Part shown: piece by piece, positions 11,318 through 20,607 of the stretch
Numbering within the stretch: position 1 is the stretch's first letter
How the letters are laid out: each line of letters begins with the position of its first letter
Source: a virus
Lineage: Duplodnaviria; Caudoviricetes
Direction: 5' to 3' (one strand)
Length of the DNA: 50,000 nt
IMG/VR virus record: IMGVR_UViG_3300027785_000036
Location: 1-50,000 of that record
Translations under genes and position numbers: made by a program
Notes under the pieces: generated by a model
The model's database searches: none
Seen by the model: only the letters and a program-made list of their open reading frames with translations
What the model was told of the DNA's origin: nothing

Positions 11318-12214
11318 TTAGACCATTGGTGTTAGTGGTGGACTTGTTGGAAAACCTTTATTTCCAATATGTGTATGCAAATTATAAATATTCTTGTTTA
11401 TGGTATCAGTCATCATACCAGCTTTCATTATTTGAAAAGTACCTAACGGTGCGGCAACAACGGATGCAGAAGCAATAAATGACCCAGCACTTATACTACC
11501 AACACAAAGTATATTACCTGGTACTGCAATTGGCGCACCAATAGGTACACCAAGAGACAAACCGCCTAATGATGATACAAAACCCATCACACCGGCGCCA
11601 ATACCACCAGTCGGACCTGTGTCTATACGACCAAATGAGAATATCTTGTCAGCTGCAACTTCTCCTTTAACCCTTAGTGTGCCATCAATAGCAACACCTC
11701 TTAGACCTGTAGTGATGTTTAATCTACCCAATGGTCCTGAACCTGCCTCTACATACATGTTGCCTTGTGAAGCAATAGTTGACATACCTTCCACCGTCTG
11801 AGTATAATTGCCTTTAATATGTTGTGTTACATTACCATCGATTGTTTCTGTTTTGTCACCAGTTACATGCATATTAATATCACCATAGACTGTAATGTTT
11901 AATTTACATGGTATATTTCCATCAGTACCTGGTTTTCCACCTTCCACACCAATAGAGATGTTGTGGTCACCAAGTGTAATAACATAACCATCACCCCAAA
12001 TTTTATGCACCTCATCACCGTTAGGATGCATTTCTAGGAATGTGTTTGCACGATGTTGTAAACGAACTCTTTCACGGGTTTTGGTGTCATCCAGTTCGAA
12101 TAGGTGACCCGAATCGGTTCTTGTTACTTTATTATATGGATATACCGGTTGGAAATCCGTGTTGGCTGCGGATTCCGGCTCATTCCATCCAAAATATCTA
12201 TCTGGTTTGTTCAT
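11318..12214 (-). CDS. gp5: baseplate spike, gp5 C-terminal beta-helix part
   Basis: YPYNKV..SGHLFELDDT..ERVRLQHR..FLEMHPNG, VxGN repeats, C-terminal HTH apex motif; ATG 12214 overlaps the upstream stop (ATGA); alternative ATG at 12220. Confidence 0.8.
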   Translation of the reverse strand: MNKPDRYFGWNEPESAANTDFQPVYPYNKVTRTDSGHLFELDDTKTRERVRLQHRANTFLEMHPNGDEVHKIWGDGYVITLGDHNISIGVEGGKPGTDGNIPCKLNITVYGDINMHVTGDKTETIDGNVTQHIKGNYTQTVEGMSTIASQGNMYVEAGSGPLGRLNITTGLRGVAIDGTLRVKGEVAADKIFSFGRIDTGPTGGIGAGVMGFVSSLGGLSLGVPIGAPIAVPGNILCVGSISAGSFIASASVVAAPLGTFQIMKAGMMTDTINKNIYNLHTHIGNKGFPTSPPLTPMV

Positions 12215-13380
12215 GCCCATTGCACCTTTGTTGGATCATAATGATTATCTGTTACTGTTGTCATCACATTTGCTGTGTTTGCAATCGTACTAATATATGT
12301 TGTGATTGTATTACTGTGGTCTAAAAGTGGGTCAGTAAAGACACCATTTAATGCATCTGGTATTGTAATTGAATTGACATCAGCTGTTAGGCCTGCAAGA
12401 ATAGAATCTGCACCAGATTGAATCTGTGATGTAAGTGAATCTACTGTTGCACCCACTTGACCTGGCACAGCAGCAATAGCCGCACCAAACGCTTTTGCAC
12501 CAGCCAAAAACCTTGCTATACAATCTTGTACGATAGCTAAAAATCTTGCTGGCAAACTTTGTAAGTATGTAATAATTTGATTAATATCTTGAACTAGATA
12601 ATATACAGTTGACGCCATTGCAACATACTTGGCAATTTTTTCAATGTAATCGTTAATATCTTCAAGCTTAAATTTTAATGTGGCATAGATTGATGAAATT
12701 TGACCCGATGGATCCAGATTCATGGATGTAACGAGTGCTTTTAACGCAAATTTAATTCCATCATTCAATTTTTCAATTAAAAATCTAATGAAATTTGCTG
12801 CGTTATTTTTACCAGTTTTAATTGCATTTTGTATGGCAGTTATTGGATTTGTTAAACCAGCCAAACCAATATCAAATTTAAATTGATATCTGAAATCACA
12901 AACGTGAGCTAAATTTGCGTTTGTGAGGCCAACACCCGAACCTTTAACAATACCTCTTCCTAGTAATGGTGTATCTGGTTCTCCAATTTTCTTTTCTTCG
13001 ATACCAGGCGGTAATACAGGTTTGGCCTTTTCTGCTTCGGTTGGTGCTGAGTTTGGAAATAAAGGTTGAGGAGAAAATCCAATTGATGTATCTGGTGCTG
13101 CTGCTTGAATTCCTGGTAAAATAGCAGCAATATATGGATTCTGTGTTGATTCACCATCTGCAAAATAACCAGTAACATAGGCACCGGCTTCAGGCACATT
13201 AAAACTACCTGCTGCATTTGGTCCAGTCATTAATGTACACCAAGGCAACGCAGCCGTAGGTAACGATATAAGGTCTTCAGTATGATGACCAAATATGCGG
13301 ACCTTAACACGGCCTTGTTTTAATGGATCTTCGGTGTTTTCTACAACACCAATCCATGATTTACCAATAAAATTATTCAT
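12211..13380 (-). CDS. gp5: baseplate hub gp5 N-terminal OB-fold part plus helical domain
   Basis: WIGVVENTEDPLKQGRVKVRIFGHH..LPW..V.GYFADG is the gp5 OB-fold signature. Confidence 0.85.
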   Translation of the reverse strand: MNNFIGKSWIGVVENTEDPLKQGRVKVRIFGHHTEDLISLPTAALPWCTLMTGPNAAGSFNVPEAGAYVTGYFADGESTQNPYIAAILPGIQAAAPDTSIGFSPQPLFPNSAPTEAEKAKPVLPPGIEEKKIGEPDTPLLGRGIVKGSGVGLTNANLAHVCDFRYQFKFDIGLAGLTNPITAIQNAIKTGKNNAANFIRFLIEKLNDGIKFALKALVTSMNLDPSGQISSIYATLKFKLEDINDYIEKIAKYVAMASTVYYLVQDINQIITYLQSLPARFLAIVQDCIARFLAGAKAFGAAIAAVPGQVGATVDSLTSQIQSGADSILAGLTADVNSITIPDALNGVFTDPLLDHSNTITTYISTIANTANVMTTVTDNHYDPTKVQWA

Positions 13381-14731
13381 TTTTCGCTTCTGTTAAATTC
13401 TTACTACTACCAGAACTCAATGGTGTCTGATAACTTTCTTTTGCTAACTCCATAACTGTTTGGTATGCACCTTGTGATTGTAGCACATGACGAACAGCAT
13501 TCACCAAATATTTACCTGAATAAAAAGGATCCAATTCTCTATTATTACCAGATGACGACAAAGTATATAAATTAAAATTAACAGTTATACCAGCAGTAAT
13601 TCCTGGATCACCAGGAACAACAACTTTCAATAAAGTATAGTTTGCTAATGAAATTTGAGCCGTTCTATTTGGTATATAATTTTCAACATAAACGTCATTA
13701 ACTACCGAATCTGGTCTTTCTTTTATATAAGGCACTCTGTATTGTTCTGAATTGCCTACTACAACTTTTACCACACTCTGTGGATTCTGTGTGTTTTTGA
13801 GTCCAAACCTATTAGTGTTATCAAGTGAAATACCATTGTTTTTACCATTCATTGGCTCAGAAGTGCCTTTATATATATCATAATTAAAATCCGTTATTTT
13901 AAATGACCGGGTCAATGGATCAACCGAAATTAATCTATTTGCATATGTACCTGAAGTAATATCATTTAATACATCAAAAGATTTAACAAATTCATAATCT
14001 ATAACAGTTCTTGTTTTTTCTTCTATTGAAGCTTCAACATTTATTTGTTGAACCTTGTATGTATTGTATGGATCTTGTGCCATTAGACTTCTTAATGACC
14101 TAAAATGAAAACCATTTTTGTTTTCATAAAATATCATATCGGCACCAGCCAAATTTTGTGTAACTGGCCTTGCATAGGTAGACAACCAACTAATAGCTTC
14201 AAATGGTTTTAATGTATTGATGTTGAAATTGTAATTTCCTGTGGTCGGTTCAATATGAAGTCTTTTACTAATCTTTAAATCATTTTTCAATATTCTATTT
14301 ACGGTTACACTTATTAACTCACCGTTTGGATTTGCACCTTTTTGGAGTTTTTTTGATTCAGATAACAACATTTCTTCAGAACAAAAATGTAGTGTTATTT
14401 CTTCCGATTTGTGGTTACCAGAAGGTATTCTATCACTTTTATATATTCTAAAACTTCTGGATATATTTGACGAAGCTGTTTTTGTTCTACCAAAATTCAC
14501 TCTTAAAAATTCTTGTCCTAAAATTTGAAATTTTTGTAATAATCCTTGGCCATCTTGTAATATAACAAATCCCGAGGTAACAAAACTATATAAATCCTCA
14601 AAATAGGAAAGTTCAATCATCAGTTTTTTAACTGGTATTTCTTGACCTGTATTTGTTATAATTGTTAAATCATTTATACTTGCACTTTGTGCAGAATATA
14701 ATAGATTGCCAGTATCTGTTGTATCAACCAT
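13373..14731 (-). CDS. putative baseplate hub protein (gp27/GPD-like)
   Basis: Lies between gp53 and gp5; FYENKNGFHFRSL, VPGDPGITAG, YSGKYLVNAVRHVL. Confidence 0.6.
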   Translation of the reverse strand: MVDTTDTGNLLYSAQSASINDLTIITNTGQEIPVKKLMIELSYFEDLYSFVTSGFVILQDGQGLLQKFQILGQEFLRVNFGRTKTASSNISRSFRIYKSDRIPSGNHKSEEITLHFCSEEMLLSESKKLQKGANPNGELISVTVNRILKNDLKISKRLHIEPTTGNYNFNINTLKPFEAISWLSTYARPVTQNLAGADMIFYENKNGFHFRSLRSLMAQDPYNTYKVQQINVEASIEEKTRTVIDYEFVKSFDVLNDITSGTYANRLISVDPLTRSFKITDFNYDIYKGTSEPMNGKNNGISLDNTNRFGLKNTQNPQSVVKVVVGNSEQYRVPYIKERPDSVVNDVYVENYIPNRTAQISLANYTLLKVVVPGDPGITAGITVNFNLYTLSSSGNNRELDPFYSGKYLVNAVRHVLQSQGAYQTVMELAKESYQTPLSSGSSKNLTEAKNE

Positions 14732-14732
14732 T

Positions 14733-15338
14733 TTAACTCATCAATCGTTTAAGTTCCGATTCAAACTCATCTACATAAGATTTATTTAATAATTTAATAT
14801 TTCTTTTAGATTCATTCAATTCATCTTCATATTCATAATATGAAACTGCACGTGAGAATACATTAACTGTAACGGCACCTGTAGGTAATGTATATGTATT
14901 GGTCTCCGATGACGTTAATTCAAGGAATTGATCCAAACCAATTGTAACTGTATTTCTTGTAATTGTTTGTGTATTGATGTCGGTTTGAATATCCGTTTTT
15001 TCAAAATGATGAACATCAGCATATATGTCAATATCTGTTGCATCATATTTTTTAATTAAATATTTTTCAAATACAGATGAAGACATTGGCCAATCCCATT
15101 GTGGATCAGTAATCTGATTGGTGAATAATACTATCCAATAACGATATGGATCATCATAATATTTGTGTGCAATAATTTCTGGTGTGTCACCTTCTTGTAT
15201 ATCGTATGTGTAATACAATACTGGATTTTTCAAAGCCTCTGGAATAACACTAGCACGTGCCATAATATTAGTTAATAGAATACCATTGGAGTTATTATCC
15301 GATGTTATTATTTTTGGTAACGTATTAAAATATTTCAT
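14733..15338 (-). CDS. gp53: baseplate wedge subunit gp53
   Basis: MKYFNTLP, YDIQEGDTPEIIAHKYY..YWIVLFTNQITDPQWDWP, NESKRNIKLL. Confidence 0.9.
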   Translation of the reverse strand: MKYFNTLPKIITSDNNSNGILLTNIMARASVIPEALKNPVLYYTYDIQEGDTPEIIAHKYYDDPYRYWIVLFTNQITDPQWDWPMSSSVFEKYLIKKYDATDIDIYADVHHFEKTDIQTDINTQTITRNTVTIGLDQFLELTSSETNTYTLPTGAVTVNVFSRAVSYYEYEDELNESKRNIKLLNKSYVDEFESELKRLMS

Positions 15339-15339
15339 A

Positions 15340-16485
15340 TTAATAACCTTGTTCTATCTTATCTCTATCTACAAGGACAGTTTCTTTGAAGCTTAAATCC
15401 ATTGTCATTTGAGTTGGTTGCCCGTCTTTATGTGATGACCAACCGTTTGGTGCATAATTTACTGTCACACTTTCCAAAACACAATCGGTTAATTTGTTGA
15501 TATTTGGATTTACTGCGCCATCTTTCTTAAACGATAAATTAAAAACTCCAGGTGGTGTATAAAAGAAACCAGCAACACCTGTAACGATAGTTGGTGCAGC
15601 ATAAGACCTAAACAGTTTCACTATTTGTTGAACCTTTGATGATTCATGTGCTGACCGTGGTGAAAATGTAAATGACATTTCAAATGTTCTAAAATTGATA
15701 CCTTGAAATAAAACTTGTTCTTGTGGATTAAAAGCATAACCGAGTTTGTTTAATGCTAACTTAACTGCCTGATTATCCATTACACTATTTACAAAACTTG
15801 CAGGTTTACCTAAAAGACCAGGTAATGATGCAGCTGCACCTATTATAGATTCTTCACCATAAGATGTGGTGTAATTAAAACTTAAAGTTTCTGGCATATA
15901 CAGAGAAACAGTTGCTCTTAAATCTTTTTTCATTTCCATAAATTGAGCAGCTGTTTGACCTGTACCTAAATCATTAAAGTTTTGTTCTAAATATGAAACT
16001 GTTTTTTCACCTGCGGCTATAATAGCTCCTTTGGCTTGATTAAGATAATCGGTTTGACCGCTAGCAATATTGTAGGCTCCAACAGCTGCCGAACCAACTC
16101 CTGAAGCAACTGCTCCAGCTCCCGTTGCAAGTGCTGATCCAACTACTGCCGTCACACCTCCTGCCGCTTCTAATGCATCGCCTTGGCTTTTTACTACATC
16201 TTTAACGGTGTTAAGAACCTTATTTTTAGCTACCTCTACTGATGCTGATTGTGGTTGATAAATATCAAAAACAATTGCATGACCTTTACCAGAAGAGTTT
16301 AAATCTGATGGATATTGTATTGCATCATAGTTATATTTCGACTTAAATAGTGACGCCAGGGGACCATTAGCAAAATCGGATTGCGCTTTTACTTGGTCAC
16401 TTTGTAGGTCAGAACCATTTACGTCATTGTAACCAGCTTCAACAGAACTAAATGATCCATCTGGATTTTGAGTTTGTAATTGCAT
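15340..16485 (-). CDS. gp48: baseplate tail tube cap gp48
   Basis: YPSDL, VSLYMP, NPQEQVLFQGINFRTFEMSFTFSPRS, CVLESVTVNYAPNG, MDLSFKET. Confidence 0.85.
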   Translation of the reverse strand: MQLQTQNPDGSFSSVEAGYNDVNGSDLQSDQVKAQSDFANGPLASLFKSKYNYDAIQYPSDLNSSGKGHAIVFDIYQPQSASVEVAKNKVLNTVKDVVKSQGDALEAAGGVTAVVGSALATGAGAVASGVGSAAVGAYNIASGQTDYLNQAKGAIIAAGEKTVSYLEQNFNDLGTGQTAAQFMEMKKDLRATVSLYMPETLSFNYTTSYGEESIIGAAASLPGLLGKPASFVNSVMDNQAVKLALNKLGYAFNPQEQVLFQGINFRTFEMSFTFSPRSAHESSKVQQIVKLFRSYAAPTIVTGVAGFFYTPPGVFNLSFKKDGAVNPNINKLTDCVLESVTVNYAPNGWSSHKDGQPTQMTMDLSFKETVLVDRDKIEQGY

Positions 16486-16520
16486 TGAATCTATCTTAAA
16501 AAAAGTTATATATATTATTT

Positions 16521-16955
16521 ATGGCATATTCAGGAACGTTTAGACCCACAAATCCTCAGAAATACGTTGGGGACCACACAAAAATCATATACCGCTCTTC
16601 ATGGGAATGCAGAGTGATGAATTGGCTTGACAAAAATCCAAGCATTTTGTCTTGGGCTTCAGAAGAGGTTATCATTCCTTACAAATCTCCAGTAGATGGC
16701 AAGTTTCACAGATATTTCCCTGATTTTGTGGTTAAATCACGTGCCAAAGATGGTTCTTTGAAAACTATGATGCTTGAAGTTAAACCAAAAAAACAAACAC
16801 AACCACCAGTACAACAAAGACGAGTAACAAAACAATACATTACTGAAGTCACAACTTGGGGTGTTAATCAAGCCAAATGGAAAGCTGCAACAGAATACTG
16901 CCTTGACCGTGGTTGGCAGTTTATGTTGATAACAGAAGACCACCTAGGTCTGTAA
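16521..16955 (+). CDS. gp4: head completion nuclease gp4
   Basis: MAYSGTFRPTNPQKYVGD..IIYRSSWE, HRYFPDF, EVKPKKQT, NQAKWKAA. Confidence 0.93.
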   Translation: MAYSGTFRPTNPQKYVGDHTKIIYRSSWECRVMNWLDKNPSILSWASEEVIIPYKSPVDGKFHRYFPDFVVKSRAKDGSLKTMMLEVKPKKQTQPPVQQRRVTKQYITEVTTWGVNQAKWKAATEYCLDRGWQFMLITEDHLGL

Positions 16956-16966
16956 CTAAATAACCA

Positions 16967-17587
16967 ATGACAATAAAACCATCAATACTTACATCATTAT
17001 CCGAACAGAAGGCCTCTGCTGATTATCAAACAAACAGTAAAGAATCTTATAAATGGTTAATGACAAAGATAGCTGAATTGAGAAATCCAGGTCGTTTGGT
17101 TATTCCAATGACCAAAGAAAAACAAAGATTTACACGACCATCAGATAGACAAAAGTTTTTAATGGGTGGTCTATACTTCTTTGTATATGATCCAAAAACA
17201 AAAAATGATTTGCCATATTATGACAGGTTTCCATTAGTTATACCACTTAAACGAACACCTGATGGTTTTATAGGTTTAAATTTACATTACTTACCACTTA
17301 GATATAGGTTAATTTTTCTGAGAAAACTGTTACCATTCGCTATCTACAATGATGAAGATGAGATTAAGCGACTCCGAATCACGTATCCGATGTTGGATGC
17401 GTCATCCAAGTTCAAAGAATTCAAACCTTGTATCAAACAGTACCTGTACCCTCATATTAAGTCCAGGATTCTTGCGGTTGAACATAATGAATGGGATATT
17501 GCGGTATTCTTACCAATCCAACAATTCAAAAAGGCTCAACCTAGAGAAGTGTGGAAAGATTCAATAGAAGAAATAAGGAAGTCATAA
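16967..17587 (+). CDS. gp2: DNA end protector gp2
   Basis: YFFVYDPKTKNDLPYYDRFPLV, GLNLHYLP, PCIKQYL. Confidence 0.9.
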   Translation: MTIKPSILTSLSEQKASADYQTNSKESYKWLMTKIAELRNPGRLVIPMTKEKQRFTRPSDRQKFLMGGLYFFVYDPKTKNDLPYYDRFPLVIPLKRTPDGFIGLNLHYLPLRYRLIFLRKLLPFAIYNDEDEIKRLRITYPMLDASSKFKEFKPCIKQYLYPHIKSRILAVEHNEWDIAVFLPIQQFKKAQPREVWKDSIEEIRKS

Positions 17588-18118
17588 ATGGCAGGCTCGA
17601 TTAGCGATTTTAAATCCAGTTTTAGGACAGATTTAGCAAGACCAAGTAGGTTTGATGTTCTCATTCCTATTCCTGTTATTTTGTTTGCATCACCTTACGT
17701 ATCAAGTAGAAGTCTTACATATCGATGTGAAGCTGCAGTTTTACCAGGTCGTACATTTGAAACACACGAACAAAAAACATATGGACCAATTGAAAAGTTT
17801 CCACACCTAACGTCATACACAGATATTGACCTAACAATTTTAATGGATGATGATATGAAACAGAAATATGCATTTGATGCATGGCTGGATAGTATCAATT
17901 CACCAATTGACAATAATTATAGCTATAAAGATAGTTATTCAACAACAATTACAATCAATCAATATGATGTTACAAATAAAATGTCATACTCGGTTGATTT
18001 ATATGAAGCATTTCCAACCTCCGTGAACCAATTGGATTTGGATTGGAGTAATGACGGTGTGCATAAACTGTCAGTTACATTTGCATATACTTATTGGAGA
18101 AACAATTCTCTATTTTGA
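17588..18118 (+). CDS. gp54: tail tube initiator gp54 (gp19-like fold)
   Basis: LARPSRFDV, CEAAVLPG, LYEAFPTSV, KLSVTFAY. Confidence 0.8.
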   Translation: MAGSISDFKSSFRTDLARPSRFDVLIPIPVILFASPYVSSRSLTYRCEAAVLPGRTFETHEQKTYGPIEKFPHLTSYTDIDLTILMDDDMKQKYAFDAWLDSINSPIDNNYSYKDSYSTTITINQYDVTNKMSYSVDLYEAFPTSVNQLDLDWSNDGVHKLSVTFAYTYWRNNSLF

Positions 18119-18136
18119 TTTAATTAAGGAGTTATT

Positions 18137-18862
18137 ATGGCTTTACCAAAAATTGATGTACCAACATACGACATTACATTACCAGTTTCAAAGAAAGAGA
18201 TTAGATATAGACCTTTCCTTGTAAAAGAACAAAGAAATCTATTGATGGCCATGGAATCAGATGATTCGTCATCTGTGCATACGGCAATCCGAGACATTCT
18301 TTATAATTGTACCTTGACAGAAGGTGTTGATATTGAGAAGTTACCTATTGTTGACGTTGAGTTCTATTTTATTAATCTGAGAGCCAAATCGGTTGGTGAA
18401 GTGGTTGATTCGAAATATCGTTGTAACAATATTGTAGAAGATAAAGAGTGTGGCAATTTAATGGATTCTAATATGAATCTGTTAGAGGTTAAGGTTGAGA
18501 TGGATGAAAATGTTTCACCTGATATACAACTAACTGAAAAGTTGATGGTAAAAATGAAATACCCTGAGTTTGGTATTGTTAAAGATTCTATCAATATGGA
18601 AAATGATACTGATATCACCTTTAATATGTTGGCTCGTAGTATTGAACACATTTACGATGGTGAACAATTTTACTATGCACACGAAACACCAATTGAAGAA
18701 TTGGTACAGTTCGTTGAAGGTATGAACCAAGAACAGTTTATGAAGATTGAAAACTTCTTTAATAACTTACCAAAGTTACAACAGAAGCTTGAGATGACCT
18801 GTTCTAAGTGTGCATTCCACCACGTTATTAATGTGGAGGGACTTGAAAGTTTTTTCGTATAA
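18137..18862 (+). CDS. gp26: baseplate hub assembly protein (gp26-like)
   Basis: MALPKIDVPTY, YRPFLVKE, LRAKSVGE, CxxC and GLESFF C-terminus; AAGGAG SD. Confidence 0.85.
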   Translation: MALPKIDVPTYDITLPVSKKEIRYRPFLVKEQRNLLMAMESDDSSSVHTAIRDILYNCTLTEGVDIEKLPIVDVEFYFINLRAKSVGEVVDSKYRCNNIVEDKECGNLMDSNMNLLEVKVEMDENVSPDIQLTEKLMVKMKYPEFGIVKDSINMENDTDITFNMLARSIEHIYDGEQFYYAHETPIEELVQFVEGMNQEQFMKIENFFNNLPKLQQKLEMTCSKCAFHHVINVEGLESFFV

Positions 18863-18912
18863 CCTTTCGCCATGATAACCTGAAAAATTATTATAGAACT
18901 AATTTTTCATTG

Positions 18913-19044
18913 ATGCAACATCATAAGTACAGTTTAACCGAACTTGACAATATGATGCCATGGGAAAGGGACATATATGTTGCAATGTTGATTCAGTATA
19001 TTGAGGAAGAAAACCAAAAGATAAAAGAACGAATGAAAAAGTAA
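18913..19044 (+). CDS. gp51: baseplate hub assembly catalyst gp51-like (frame open from 18847; possible frameshift extension of gp26)
   Basis: Manual translation MQHHKYSLTELDNMMPWERDIYVAMLIQYIEEENQKIKERMKK; below the ORF-track size cutoff. Confidence 0.8.
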   Translation: MQHHKYSLTELDNMMPWERDIYVAMLIQYIEEENQKIKERMKK

Positions 19045-20607
19045 ATGGCACAACCATCAGAAGAAACAAAAAAGTCGGCAGCAAGTATGGCGTTTGGTCG
19101 CCTTAGTAAACTTGCGCTCACAGGTGCCAAAAAAACAATTTCAACTGTTGGTAAATTGTTTACTAAGAAGCCAGATAACCTTGTTGATGAATCTTCACCA
19201 CCGACCAAGATTATGGGTGAAATCTATAAGATGATGAAACTCATGGATTTAGATAGAAAACTAAATCAAGAAGCGGCCAACTCTCATATTGAAGAACAAA
19301 ATCATATGAGAGATAAACGCAATAAAGAAATAATCAAGGCATTAACTACTCCTAAAATAAAAAAACCAAGAGTAGTAAAACCTAAAAAAATAAAAACACA
19401 GGAAACAGAGACAACACCTTTACCTCCTGTTAATAAAACTCCTGGTCAAACAACAACACAACCAGCCACACCGCCAACAAAACCGCCAGCTACACCTCCT
19501 AAGACTGAAGCACCTGCACCGGCAAAAACTACGGCACCTAAGACTGAAGCACCTGCGCCGGCAAAAACTATGCCACCTAAAACTGCTGAACCAGCCAAAG
19601 AAATTGCAGGACCACTAAAACCAACAGCGGCGCCTGCAAAGAAAACAACTGCACCAGTCACTCAAACAGCCGCACCAGCTATACAGACAACTTTACCATC
19701 CGCATCCACAACAACAAAAATCGTAGGTGGTACTGCGGCTGTTGTGGTTGGTAGTAATGCATTAGCTGCAACCAGTAATATTGCAGAAAGTATTGCCAAG
19801 TATGAAAGTAAAACATCTTCTCCTTTAAGAACTAAAAAAGGTAACATAAAAACAAAATGGAAAAATGATTCTGAGTACAATGCATATAATAAAGGTACAA
19901 TTAATAACAAGATTGTTGGTGCTGATTTTGATGAAAAAAATGAATCTGTTATAAATTTTTCTGACATGACAATTGAAGAATATTTAAGAAGAGGAGATTT
20001 AAGAAATGATCCTGACAAAATATTTGCTGTTGGACGATATCAAATTATTCCAGATACGATGAAAGATATTGTTAAAAAATTAGAAATTGATCCAAAAAAT
20101 ACAAAATTAACTCCTGATGTACAAGATATGTTGTTTACAGAAGGATTAATAAAAAGAAAACGTCCAATTGTTAATGATTATATAAATGGAAAACCTGGTG
20201 TAACAAGAGATATGGCACTAATGGAACTTGCCAAAGAATTTGCTTCTATTGGTATACCATATGATTTGCCACAAAAGGGTTTAAAAAAAGGACAATCTTT
20301 TTATGAAGGTATAGGCGGAAATCAAGCTCATAATAAACCAGAAGATGTTGGTGCAGCCCTTGATGCAGATAGATTAAAAATTTTAGAAAAAAATAAATCA
20401 ATACCTATTCCAAATAATAAAGGTGGTAAATTAGGTGCGGCTTCAGTTGAAGGACAAGATTTAAGAAAAGATATGAGTGCTCAACAAGAAAAAATGCAAG
20501 CACAACAAACCACCAACATACTAGCACAGGCATCAACTGAACCACAAGTTAACCTAACTAAACCAAAAGATAGCAACCCATTACTTGATAAGGTAAGAGC
20601 AGGATGA
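19045..20607 (+). CDS. tape-measure-like virion protein with Pro/Ala/Thr linker and lysozyme-like (muramidase) domain
   Basis: IAKYES..YNAYN..AVGRYQIIPDTM..QD..LAKEFAS resembles the lambda-lysozyme-like family; follows gp26/gp51. Confidence 0.65.
   Translation: MAQPSEETKKSAASMAFGRLSKLALTGAKKTISTVGKLFTKKPDNLVDESSPPTKIMGEIYKMMKLMDLDRKLNQEAANSHIEEQNHMRDKRNKEIIKALTTPKIKKPRVVKPKKIKTQETETTPLPPVNKTPGQTTTQPATPPTKPPATPPKTEAPAPAKTTAPKTEAPAPAKTMPPKTAEPAKEIAGPLKPTAAPAKKTTAPVTQTAAPAIQTTLPSASTTTKIVGGTAAVVVGSNALAATSNIAESIAKYESKTSSPLRTKKGNIKTKWKNDSEYNAYNKGTINNKIVGADFDEKNESVINFSDMTIEEYLRRGDLRNDPDKIFAVGRYQIIPDTMKDIVKKLEIDPKNTKLTPDVQDMLFTEGLIKRKRPIVNDYINGKPGVTRDMALMELAKEFASIGIPYDLPQKGLKKGQSFYEGIGGNQAHNKPEDVGAALDADRLKILEKNKSIPIPNNKGGKLGAASVEGQDLRKDMSAQQEKMQAQQTTNILAQASTEPQVNLTKPKDSNPLLDKVRAG
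19498..19575. repeat. 39-bp in-frame tandem repeat (PKTEAPAPAKTxx) x2 plus partial copy
   Basis: cctaagactgaagcacctgc at 19498 and 19537. Confidence 0.85.
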
